DNA of 34,409 nucleotides from Promethearchaeota archaeon (GTDB taxonomy: Archaea; Asgardarchaeota; Lokiarchaeia; Sigyniarchaeales; SOKP01), in assembly GCA_008080735.1 (NCBI GenBank), contig SHMW01000043.1, positions 1-34,409 on the forward strand, in the 5' to 3' direction. The position numbers and the translations under genes are program-made. Positions within the stretch are counted from its first letter, which is position 1. Every line of letters starts with the position of its first letter. Below the pieces are notes generated by a model, which made no database searches, was not told where the DNA came from, and saw nothing but the letters and a program-made list of their open reading frames with translations. Positions 18,920-28,481 of this stretch are shown here, piece by piece.

Positions 18920-19432
18920 ATGTCAGATGATATACAGCAAAAATTTGATAAGAAAATTGAGGAACTTAAAGAAACCCTTCCCACACTAAAAAAAGGAGTA
19001 AATTGCGCAGAATTAACATTTACAAATATCTTAGATGTGCTGGGTGTGGATAATTATATGTTTCATAACCTTGCGATGCCACTCGCAGGAGGATTTGGTG
19101 GCTATAAATCTAAAGATGGTTGGCAAGGGGCCTGCGGAGCTGTTGCGGGAGCATGTGCCGCAATCGGGATAATTTTGGGCGGAAAAAAGAAAATGGACCC
19201 CATCACGATGGCTATGGCATATTTAAAAGCGTCAAAATACTGCTCCGAATTCGAGGAAAAGTGGGGAACAGTGGTTTGTGCAGATCTATGCGGATATGAT
19301 TTTAGCGATCCAAATGGAATGCAAGAATATCAAGAAAATGAAATCTGGAGTAAAAAATGCCATGAATTTGTTGAATGGGCAGTCGATAAAGTTAGAAAAT
19401 TGACTCGCAAAGATCTTAAAAGGAAATGGTAA
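18920..19432 (+). CDS. C-GCAxxG-C-C family putative redox protein (second paralog)
   Basis: NCAE, LAGGFGG, ACGAVAG, GTVVCADLCG, KC. Confidence 0.88.
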   Translation: MSDDIQQKFDKKIEELKETLPTLKKGVNCAELTFTNILDVLGVDNYMFHNLAMPLAGGFGGYKSKDGWQGACGAVAGACAAIGIILGGKKKMDPITMAMAYLKASKYCSEFEEKWGTVVCADLCGYDFSDPNGMQEYQENEIWSKKCHEFVEWAVDKVRKLTRKDLKRKW

Positions 19433-19613
19433 TGAGTCACATTAAAAGGTAAAGTTCTATCTAATTTTTTTAAAATTATTTTAGAATAACTTGTTGCTTA
19501 ATTCTTATTTGAACTTAAATTTAAATTAGGTTATTTCATCATAATTATATATATTGTGTGAATATAATATTCAGAGATAAAATTGTGAATAATATTTCTA
19601 TAGGCTAATTGTT

Positions 19614-19862
19614 ATGTCTGAGAATCATGAAAAAACGGTAGAGTGTCCGTATTGTGGCGTACTTTTGTCGAAACCCTATTGGGCGCATGTACAAGAAAAA
19701 CATCCTGAAGAGTACGAGAAAAAACAAACCTGGATAAGTCTCTTCAAAGATTATAAAGGAATGGGAATGGATGATGCGGTATCACTTCAAGTGATTGGAG
19801 AATTATTTAATGTGGATGCTGAGGAAGTGAGATTCTTTTTAGAACAAAATAATATACTTTAA
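19614..19862 (+). CDS. Small C2H2-type zinc-finger protein
   Basis: CPYC-x10-HVQEKH followed by a short helical domain. Confidence 0.75.
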   Translation: MSENHEKTVECPYCGVLLSKPYWAHVQEKHPEEYEKKQTWISLFKDYKGMGMDDAVSLQVIGELFNVDAEEVRFFLEQNNIL

Positions 19863-19991
19863 GCTCATGGTCGATTTTTACTCTAATTAACTTTTTCTTC
19901 TCTTTGAAATACGGACGGTAATAATGATAATTAGAAATTGAAAATGAACTAAAAAAAATAAGATAAAAAGATACGAACGTATTATATATAC

Positions 19992-20279
19992 TTAAAATTC
20001 TTCTTCTTCAAATTCGTCCTTCAAAAGCCCTGCTTGTTTAAGGAGATCTTCTACTGTATCTCTTGCTTTAATAACTTGTTCGTTATCACTCAGTTTAAGA
20101 TTATCGATCACAGAATCGGAAAATTCCATAAATTTTTTTATACTCTGTGAGGATAGCTCTTTTACTTTCTCGCTGGTTTCTTCGATAAATTCTTTACCCG
20201 ATTCTCCAAATGCACTCTCTGCAAAGTTTAACAAAGCTTCGTTTAACTGGTCCACAATATTCTTTTTTTCTTCACTCAT
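19992..20279 (-). CDS. Hypothetical acidic helical protein (95 aa)
   Basis: Clean ORF with ATG, amphipathic helices, typical codon usage. Confidence 0.7.
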   Translation of the reverse strand: MSEEKKNIVDQLNEALLNFAESAFGESGKEFIEETSEKVKELSSQSIKKFMEFSDSVIDNLKLSDNEQVIKARDTVEDLLKQAGLLKDEFEEEEF

Positions 20280-20409
20280 AATAAATCGCTTCTATGTTGG
20301 TATTTTAGAAATTTAAAGATTAAAATCCTAAAATTGTTTTTAAGTTTATGCTATATTTAAGCATATTTCTTATATGATTTTTAAATTTTGAAAGTAGAAT
20401 TATTGAGGA

Positions 20410-20967
20410 TTATTCATTAAGTAGATTACAGAATTCTTCGGCAAAATTTGTAATTAAATTCCAATCTCTGCCATCATTTTTACCCCCGGGAGTTATATTA
20501 GGGTCATCCTCAGCCATTTTTTCCATGATTTTCTTTGAAAATCCTCCTAAATTCGAGTCTTCTGTTAAATCTAATACGCCTCCGAACGCTTCAAGCATCG
20601 CAACTTCAATCCCATTATCATCTAACACCTTTTTAATATAGTCATCCCTCGCCTTCGGTCGTTCTTCGGGATTGCTTGCCATCATACATGAAATAAAAAT
20701 CCCCAGTGTATTCTTTTTCTGCTTGAGTGTATTTGCAAATTTTGAGAGGAATTTTCTCACGCTTTTAGTCATTTTGCTTATCTTAATACCAGAGCCAATC
20801 AATATCCCATCAAAATCATCTAAGGAGGGTAATTTTTTTAGCTTGGTCTCTTCCAGATTAACTAAGTCTACATCTAAATCATTTTTTTTTAGAATCTCTC
20901 CAATTCTTTCACTAATTTCGGCAGTACTACCATACCTACTTCCATATACTAATATTACTTTTTTCAT
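20410..20967 (-). CDS. Flavodoxin-domain protein (HemG/Flavodoxin_5-like)
   Basis: ILVYGSRYGSTAEI FMN loop, ILIGSGI, EAFGG, DGRDWNLITNFAE. Exact start uncertain (ATG near 20964-20967 vs TTG/alternative at 20979). Confidence 0.88.
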   Translation of the reverse strand: MKKVILVYGSRYGSTAEISERIGEILKKNDLDVDLVNLEETKLKKLPSLDDFDGILIGSGIKISKMTKSVRKFLSKFANTLKQKKNTLGIFISCMMASNPEERPKARDDYIKKVLDDNGIEVAMLEAFGGVLDLTEDSNLGGFSKKIMEKMAEDDPNITPGGKNDGRDWNLITNFAEEFCNLLNE

Positions 20968-21233
20968 TTTTATAATCAACTTGATTTTTTTTCGAAATTC
21001 TTATTCTTTAATCATCACCCTCAAATACTCTCCAACTCATGATTTATTGTCTGTTTTGATATACAAACCGCCATTACTCGACTTCGAGACTAAAATCGGA
21101 ATAGTATATTGAGTAATCATTCAAAATAATTGGTGATTTGATTATTGATCATTTTAATAGTATGATAACGTATTTTTAAGATTTTTTAGATTTAACAAGA
21201 TGATAAAACAATTAAGACAAAGGAACTTCAATA

Positions 21234-21250
21234 GTTTAAATTATTTAGGG
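21234..21250 (+). promoter_or_regulatory. Putative TATA box of esterase 1
   Basis: gTTTAAAttatttaggg; TTTAAA begins 29 nt before the ATG at 21264. The motif and spacing are conserved upstream of the paralog. Confidence 0.5.
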
Positions 21251-21263
21251 TTTTATTTACCTT

Positions 21264-23012
21264 ATGAATGAATTTTTTAAAAACCTTCAATCTGCATTTT
21301 CGACCAGAAATCTGAGCTATCCACTTTTTGTTCTAAACTTGGTAAATATTGTCCTTGGAATTTTCTACATCACTGTGCAAATATCGTCTCTCGTGTGGTA
21401 TGTCTATGGAATCCTTATTTTTATCAGTTTACTTGGGAATTTCTTGTTAATTTTTCTCACTAAAAAAAGAGTTACCAAAAAATCAAGAGAAGGAAGCAGA
21501 ATAAATTATCTATGCTATTTCTATCTAGTTTTATTAAATATCTCAATGCTGTTAATCCTATTTGGGAACTTGTTGATTTCTGTTAGCTATTCAAATGATC
21601 TAACTACTAATTTTGCATATTATTCTATGGTATACTTAGGATTTTTTAGTATTTTCGGTATAGGGACTCTCCTATCATATTTGAATATTAGAAATTTAGA
21701 TAATAGAAACTTGTGGAAACAAAATTCAGAAAAAAGCCATAATAATGATAATAAAAAATCTTTTATCCAGAAGATTGTAAAAATTATATTGGGATTTTTA
21801 GCATTAATAACACTCCTCTTCGGTTCACTTTTGAATTATTCCCTCATATTTGCCCCATTAGATGATTATATCAACTGGTTAGCTGGAATGGTGTTCTTTT
21901 CGTTTTACCTATTTTTATTCTTGATAATGCTTTCTGCTACCACTATCCTGCTGATCATGATAAACCTGGACAAGAATCCCTATTATTTTTATCCTGTCGC
22001 TGTTATTGGGATATTAATTTCCAGCAGTTTTCTGCTTCCCCTACTTTCTACACCTTATACTTCAATCCAAGCAGAAAATGATTTTTCTCAAGCATTTGGA
22101 GAAACTTGGAGATCAAAGATCCCCACTTCTACTGCCCAACAATATTTCCAGACTACCCCTTTCACTATAACAGAATATTTGCTAGGAAATCACCCCAGAG
22201 AATGCAATATTGATATAGATATCCAATATTATTCGAATGTGAGTGAAGGTATTACTTTAGCGTATGATGCATATTATCCTAAAGTGAATGGCAGTTTATT
22301 ACCAGGTAATAATTCAGTACTCATTAATATTCACGGAGGGGCTTGGGTCGCTGGCGATAAAGGGATGTATAATATGTTGCAGGTAAACAAATATTTCGCA
22401 GCTCAAGGATACATTGTGTTTGACATACAATATGGCCTTAAGGAAGGAGGAACTAGTGTCATTCCGACTCCTCCAGACGTAGTGGGGGATTTTTCAATCG
22501 ATGATCAACTCAGACATATTGGCAATTTTACGAAGCAACTAAATACAAGTGAATTTGCTAAATATAATCTCAATTTAGATTCAGTGTTTATCACGGGAAA
22601 TTCGGCGGGAGGCCATCTCTCGTTAGCAACTGCCTTATTAATTGATAATGGAAGCTACACAGATCTTTTTGGTTCCCATCTAAATATTAAGGGAATAATT
22701 CCTTTATATCCTGGGAATCCTTCTGAGAGCCTTATTGGAGGAAGGGACGTATTTAGAAACCCAGAGGACTACTTAATTACTCCCGATAGCCCGCCTTGCT
22801 TGATGTTTCAAGGAACGAAAGACTTTTGCTTATTAGAAACTGAACATATAAAAGAACAATATGATCTCGTAGGGAACGATGACTGTTGTATTATTTGGTT
22901 CCCATTTCAAGGTCATGCAAACGATCTCTACTATTCAGGACATTTTAATCAATACAAACTCTACTACATGGAACGGTTTTTATATCTGTGTACTCATGAT
23001 AAAATTCAATAA
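21264..23012 (+). CDS. Membrane-anchored alpha/beta hydrolase (HSL-like esterase/lipase)
   Basis: About 7 N-terminal TM helices; HGGAW oxyanion motif, GNSAGG nucleophile elbow, QGTKD, QGHAND. Confidence 0.9.
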   Translation: MNEFFKNLQSAFSTRNLSYPLFVLNLVNIVLGIFYITVQISSLVWYVYGILIFISLLGNFLLIFLTKKRVTKKSREGSRINYLCYFYLVLLNISMLLILFGNLLISVSYSNDLTTNFAYYSMVYLGFFSIFGIGTLLSYLNIRNLDNRNLWKQNSEKSHNNDNKKSFIQKIVKIILGFLALITLLFGSLLNYSLIFAPLDDYINWLAGMVFFSFYLFLFLIMLSATTILLIMINLDKNPYYFYPVAVIGILISSSFLLPLLSTPYTSIQAENDFSQAFGETWRSKIPTSTAQQYFQTTPFTITEYLLGNHPRECNIDIDIQYYSNVSEGITLAYDAYYPKVNGSLLPGNNSVLINIHGGAWVAGDKGMYNMLQVNKYFAAQGYIVFDIQYGLKEGGTSVIPTPPDVVGDFSIDDQLRHIGNFTKQLNTSEFAKYNLNLDSVFITGNSAGGHLSLATALLIDNGSYTDLFGSHLNIKGIIPLYPGNPSESLIGGRDVFRNPEDYLITPDSPPCLMFQGTKDFCLLETEHIKEQYDLVGNDDCCIIWFPFQGHANDLYYSGHFNQYKLYYMERFLYLCTHDKIQ

Positions 23013-23194
23013 TAAAAGAAGATATTATATTTACTCCATCTCTTTTTTTTTAACTTTAAATGAGTTTAGTTTTATATTTCACATTTATTCTATTTCATCT
23101 ATAGATTAGCCTAAAAAATCGAAGAGAATCTCATTCATTTAGAGATATTTTAAGTTAAAAGGATATACAAAATTTAAGAAAAATTACTTAAAAT

Positions 23195-23211
23195 GTTTAA
23201 ATTTTGTAGGG
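23195..23211 (+). promoter_or_regulatory. Putative TATA box of esterase 2
   Basis: gTTTAAAttttgtaggg; TTTAAA begins 29 nt before the ATG at 23225. Confidence 0.5.
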
Positions 23212-23224
23212 ATTTACTTTGTAT

Positions 23225-24964
23225 ATGAATGTATTTTTTCAAAAAATAAGAACGAAATTTATATTAAAAAATCTAAGTTATTTCCTATTTTTATTAAATG
23301 TGGTAGATACAATCTTCGCAATCTTCTATATTTCAATACAAATAGCTTCTCTCATATGGTATATCTATGGAATTCTAATATTTATCAATCTCATCGGAAA
23401 TTTTGTATTAATTTATTTCACCAAAATACAACTAGACCCGAGTTCCAGATTGGGAGGAAAGATGAATATTCTATGCTATTTTTATCTGATATTCCTTAAT
23501 ATAGCAATTTTATTGATTCTATTTGGAAATTTAATGAATTCTATGACATATTCAAATACATTATTTGCTACTATTGGATATTATTTTATGATCTATTTTG
23601 GATTTTTTGGTATATTAGGAATGGGAACGCTTCTCTCATATTTGAATATAAAAAATCTTAATAATAGAGATTTATGGAAAGAATATTTTGATAAAGAAAG
23701 CAAAGAGAACAAAAATCATTCTAAGAAAACTCTAAAATCAATCTTATTATTTTTTGGATTTCTGACTCTTGGTCTGCTCTCGTATGTGGGATTTACTTTA
23801 GCATTCTCACCGTTAACCGATATCGCAGCTTGGTGGATTGGAATTATTTTCTTTCAGTTTTCGACATTTCTCTTTTTTATTGTGCTTTCCACGACAATAC
23901 TTTTTTTAATAATGACAGATAGACACAAAAGACCATATACTTTTTACGGAATACTAATTTACGGCCTAATTATGTGTAATATTTTTTTGTTACCTTTATT
24001 TTCTACTCCTTATACATCATTGCAAGCAGAAGAAGAATTTTCTCAAGCGTATGGGGTGAATTGGCGCTCTCATATAGATCCATCAATGAATATGTTTTTC
24101 CAACCCATCCCATTCACGATGACCGAATTTTTCTTAGGAAATTACCCAAAGGATTGTAATATTGATATAGATATTCCCTTTTATTCTAATTCAAGCGAAG
24201 GTATCACACTAGCATATGATGCCTATTATCCTAAAGGGGATGGAAGTTCATTACCAGGGAACAATTCTGTAATTATTAATATCCATGGTGGTGCATGGAC
24301 AATCGGAGATAAAGGACCGGGTAATATGCTGCAAGTTAATAATTATTTCGCTGCCCAAGGATACGTCGTGTTTGATATTCAGTATGGATTAAAGGAAGGA
24401 ACTTTCTTTATAATCTCTACTCCTGAAGGTGTTGGAGGAAATTTTACAATTGATGACCAACTCAGACACATTGGAAATTTTACAAAACAATTGAATACGA
24501 GCGAATTTGACAAATATAATCTAAATTTAGATTCAGTGTTTATCATGGGAAATTCAGCAGGAGGGCATTTAGCATTAGCTACAGCATTATTAATCGATAA
24601 TGGAAGCTACACTGATCTATTCGGTTCAAATATTAATATCAAAGGAATTATCCCAATTTATCCCGCGAATCCTCCCGAAAGTATAATAGAAGGGAGGGAT
24701 GAATTTACAAATCCCGAAAATTATTTTATTACTCCCTACAGCCCACCTTGTTTGATTTTTCAAGGAACGAAAGATTTCTGTCTACTAGAAACAGAAGATA
24801 TAAAAGATCAATATGATCTCGCAGGGAATAATGATTGTTGCGTAATTTTATTTCCATTTCAAGGACATGGGAACGATCTCTACTATTCTGGTCATTTCAA
24901 CCAATATAAACTTTATTATATGGAGAGGTTCCTTTATCTATGTACTCATAATCTAATAGAATAA
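23225..24964 (+). CDS. Membrane-anchored alpha/beta hydrolase, tandem paralog
   Basis: Same architecture and motifs (HGGAW, GNSAGG, QGTKD, QGHGND); catalytic domain highly similar to the upstream copy. Confidence 0.9.
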   Translation: MNVFFQKIRTKFILKNLSYFLFLLNVVDTIFAIFYISIQIASLIWYIYGILIFINLIGNFVLIYFTKIQLDPSSRLGGKMNILCYFYLIFLNIAILLILFGNLMNSMTYSNTLFATIGYYFMIYFGFFGILGMGTLLSYLNIKNLNNRDLWKEYFDKESKENKNHSKKTLKSILLFFGFLTLGLLSYVGFTLAFSPLTDIAAWWIGIIFFQFSTFLFFIVLSTTILFLIMTDRHKRPYTFYGILIYGLIMCNIFLLPLFSTPYTSLQAEEEFSQAYGVNWRSHIDPSMNMFFQPIPFTMTEFFLGNYPKDCNIDIDIPFYSNSSEGITLAYDAYYPKGDGSSLPGNNSVIINIHGGAWTIGDKGPGNMLQVNNYFAAQGYVVFDIQYGLKEGTFFIISTPEGVGGNFTIDDQLRHIGNFTKQLNTSEFDKYNLNLDSVFIMGNSAGGHLALATALLIDNGSYTDLFGSNINIKGIIPIYPANPPESIIEGRDEFTNPENYFITPYSPPCLIFQGTKDFCLLETEDIKDQYDLAGNNDCCVILFPFQGHGNDLYYSGHFNQYKLYYMERFLYLCTHNLIE

Positions 24965-25006
24965 TTTTGTGGGTTAATTCCCTTATTTATTTTTATAAAT
25001 TTCAGT

Positions 25007-26234
25007 CTAAATCATTTTTTCACTTCGGAATTGTTCTAATTCTTCCTTTGAATATCCTAAGAGATCAATATAAATCTCATCATTATGAGCTCCAAATACA
25101 GGTCCTGCGGATTCCACTCTACCACTAACCTCAGAGAATTTAATGAGTGGACCTGGAATAGTCGCTTTCTCAACCCCCCACTCGGAGAAATCAAAATTCT
25201 GGACTAACATTCCTCTTTCATTCAAATTTGGATGTTTATGAACTTCATTCATATGAATAACCTTTCCGCATGGAATTCGGACCTTCTCTAATTGGCGTAT
25301 GGCTTCATCTCGAGTTAAATTTTTACTCCACTTCCTAATGATCTCATCTAACTCGTCAACATGATTAAAACGCTTTATGATATTGTTAAATCTTGGATCT
25401 TCTAATAACTCGGGTTTGTTTAAAATATCGTTCATAAGCCTCTGAAATTGCTTTTCTGTTAAAGTGGTAAGAACGATCATTCCATCTTTTGTTTTATATT
25501 GATTATATACAGGTAAAAATTTTGTTCCCAATTCTAGAGTCTTTGCCATGGAGATGAATTCTCTAGCTTGGGCTCGCATATTAATCGCAAACATGAGATC
25601 ATGCATAGATATATCAATAAATTGTCCCTTTCCTGTTTTTTCTCTATGATACAACGCCTGACTGATTCCGATCGCAGCAACATGTCCCGCTGTATAATCC
25701 GCTATTGGAAGTTTTGGTGGCCCTTCTTTCAAACCTAAAGCATCTAATATTGCCGCTTCGCTTTGAATGATGATATCAAACGCGGTTTTGCTTGTATATT
25801 TCTCGAGCCCCTCATTCCCATATCCTGAAATCTTAGCATAAATTAATCTTGGATTAATTTTATTCAATTCAGGATAACCCAGCCCCCATCTCTCCATTGT
25901 ACCTTTTACAAAATTTTCAATAAGCACATCTGATTTTTTAACCAATTTTTTGAAAATGGGTTTTGTTTCTTCCTTCCGCAAGTTCAATGATATTGATTTT
26001 TTTCCTCGGTTTAAAATTGAAAAGAGTGGAAATATTGATTTATCATATACCGTGAATAATCGAAAGGCTTCACCAAAAGGAGGAGGTTATGGTAAATACG
26101 CGAACAGCGTATTAAATTTCCACCTTGATGACTTCTGCTCCTTGATCGGCAAAAAAGATGCTTGTCCACGGGCCACTAATGAACTGACTGCAGTCTAAAA
26201 CTCTTAAACCATCAAATATTTGTGGCATATTCAT
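25007..26234 (-). CDS. Family III CoA-transferase (CaiB/BaiF); exons 26234..26118 and 26086..25007, 398 aa if spliced
   Basis: Exon 1 reads MNMPQIFDGLRVLDCSQFISGPWTSIFFADQGAEVIKVE. Exon 2 reads PPPFGEAFR...NRGKKSISLNLR...DVLIENF...ISGYG...PIADYTAG (catalytic Asp)...GQFIDISM. The two are separated by a 31-nt insertion. Confidence 0.9.
26087..26117 (-). other. Putative 31-nt BHB-type intron in the CoA-transferase mRNA
   Basis: Minus-strand sequence ATTTAATACGCTGTTCGCGTATTTACCATAA: 7-bp stem AATACGC/GCGTATT, central helix GUGG/CCAU, 3-nt bulges AAA and AAC. Removal restores the frame. Confidence 0.75.
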
Positions 26235-26412
26235 AATGAGTAAATTTTGCTTTTTTGCTATAGATTTAATTCTCTTTGTTTAAATAGATTTTCTAAGCAA
26301 ATTTCCAGTTGCTTTTATGAATATTAAATCGATTGATTCTGAGAAGAAATATTTAATAGAATGAAGATCAAAATACACAATATAAAAATTCAATAAATTG
26401 TATGTGGAAAAA

Positions 26413-28431
26413 ATGAGCGAAGAACGTAAAAAATTATGGGAGCCGAGTCAAGAATGGATTGAAAACGCAAATGTGACCAAATTTATCGAGTTCGTAAATG
26501 AAAACTATGATATGAATATCAAAGGAGCAAAAGATTTATATAAATGGTCTGTGGAAAAGATACCCGATTTTTGGGCTGCTTTCTGGGATTTTGGAGACAT
26601 AATCGCATCTAGGGAGTATGATGAGGTAGTAGACGATCTTGATAAATTTCCGGGAGCGAACTGGTTTCCTGGCGCACGATTAAATTTCGCGGAGAATCTA
26701 CTAAAATATGAAGATGATCAACTCGCCTTTATCTTTCAAGGTGAAATGAAAAAAACAAAAAAAATAAGCTACAAAGAGCTTAATAATGAGGTTGCCCGTA
26801 TCGCAAAATCTCTCCGAGAGATGGGAATCAAGGCAGGTGACAGGGTAGTTTCGTATATCCCCAACTTGATTGAGACTCCAGTCGCAATGCTCGCGACGAC
26901 AAGTATCGGGGCGATCTGGGCCTCATGTGGGGCGGAACTACAAGCACGAGCAGTGATCGATCGATTTGCGCAAATTGAGCCAAGAGTACTTTTTGCCGTA
27001 GACGGATATTTTTATAAGGACAGTGTATTTAGTATTATTCCGAATGTCAAGGAAGTTGTCGATGCGATTCCCTCTATAGAAAAGGTGGTGGTCGTTTCCT
27101 ACGTTTCTGATGATAAACCGGACATTAGTAGCATTCCTAAAGCAGTTCATTGGGATGATTTTATCGCTAAAGAAGATAATCCCGAACTAACATTTGAGCA
27201 ATTGCCGTTCAGCCATCCAGTTTATATTATGTTTTCGTCGGGAACGACGGGAAAACCAAAATGTATGGTACAGAGTGGAGGGGGTGTGCTAATAAATCAT
27301 TTAAAGGAGCTAATCCTGTCCACGGATCTCAAGCGCAACGACGTTATAAATTATATCACCGCGCCTTCATGGATGATAGCTTAAGTAAACCTTAAGCTAG
27401 CCAAAATGTGGAACTGGCTGATCAGTTCCTTAGCTGTTGGCGCAACGATATTTTTATATGATGGTAATCCTCTCTATCCAGAACCCTTAAGAATGTTTGA
27501 GTTGATAGAAAAATATAGAGTTTCAATATTTGGAGTTTCGGCAACTTATATTCACTATCTAATGGGTCAAGGACTAAAACCAAAAGAAAAATATGACGTT
27601 TCATCATTAAGAGAAATCTCTCAAACGGCGAGTGCCCTCAGCCCAGAAGGATTTGAATGGTGTTACAATCAGATAAATAAAGATCTCTATTTCAATTCAA
27701 TTTCGGGGGGTACTGATATCAACGGATGTTTTGCGGGAGCTTTACCTATTCTTCCGGTATATTCTGGAGAATTGCAGGGCCCTGCATTAGCTATGAAAGT
27801 GGAAGCGTATGATGAGAGTGGAGAACCAGTAAGAGATCAGCAAGCGGAGTTAGTATGTGAGGCGCCAGCCCCGTCTATGCCAATCTATTTCTGGGGGGAT
27901 GATGAGAACATGTCGAAATATAAATCGGCTTACTTTGAATATTATGATGAATTAGGTATTAATGTTTGGCGGCATGGTGACTGGATAGTGTATCATAGTG
28001 ACACAGGAGGGATTACATTCTGGGGACGTTCTGATGCCACGCTTAAACCGTCAGGGGTTAGAATTGGAACTTCCGAAATATATAATGTGGTGGAACAACT
28101 TCCAGAGGTTGCTGATAGCTTGGCTATAGGCCATAAGGATGATCAAGGGAATGTGGAAGTTATTCTTTTCGTTGAATTAACTGGTGATGCCGAATTAAAC
28201 GATGAGCTAAGAAATAAAATTAAAACAACTCTACGTGAGAAAGCTTCACCTAGACACGTACCTGCGGTGATTAAGGAAGTACCCGAGGAGACTATACCGT
28301 ACACATTTAGTGGGAAGAAGGTAGAAATTGCCATCACGAAAATCCTTCATGGTATGGATGTATCTAATCGTGGTGCTCTAAGAAATCCTGATTCACTGGA
28401 CTTTTATAAAGAAGTTAAAGATGAACTATAA
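26413..28431 (+). CDS. Acetoacetate--CoA ligase (acetoacetyl-CoA synthetase); exons 26413..27375 and 27406..28431, 662 aa if spliced
   Basis: WFPGARLNFAENLL, YIMFSSGTTGKPKCMV (AMP-binding loop), WM|MWNWL, SISGGTDI, WRHGDW, GRSDATLKPSGVRIGT, YTFSGKKVE, ALRNPDSL. Confidence 0.92.
27376..27405 (+). other. Putative 30-nt BHB-like intron in the acetoacetate-CoA ligase mRNA
   Basis: ATAGCTTAAGTAAACCTTAAGCTAGCCAAA: perfect 9-bp stem TAGCTTAAG/CTTAAGCTA with a 5-nt loop, central helix UGGA/GCCA (one mismatch), bulges UGA and AAA. Contains an in-frame TAA; removal gives WMMWNW. Confidence 0.82.
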
Positions 28432-28481
28432 AGCTAATTTTTAATAAAACTTTATTTATTTTCAAATTCCTCTTTCTTTTA

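Noticed and set aside
26087-26117. Intrinsic terminator hairpins or simple sequencing indels at the two inserts
   Set aside because: Both are extra 30-31 nt blocks inside conserved coding motifs, lack long U-tails, and pair with the exon flanks in BHB geometry.
27382-27384. Stop-codon readthrough (Sec/Pyl) as the explanation for the split ligase
   Set aside because: The stop is TAA, not TGA or TAG, and readthrough would leave 10 extra residues inside the conserved WMMWNW motif.
27376-27405. IS/MITE footprint with ATG target-site duplication
   Set aside because: The ATG ATG flanks correspond to the native Met-Met of the family motif. The other insert has no comparable duplication and no transposase is present in the window. 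A DNA-level origin is not fully excluded.
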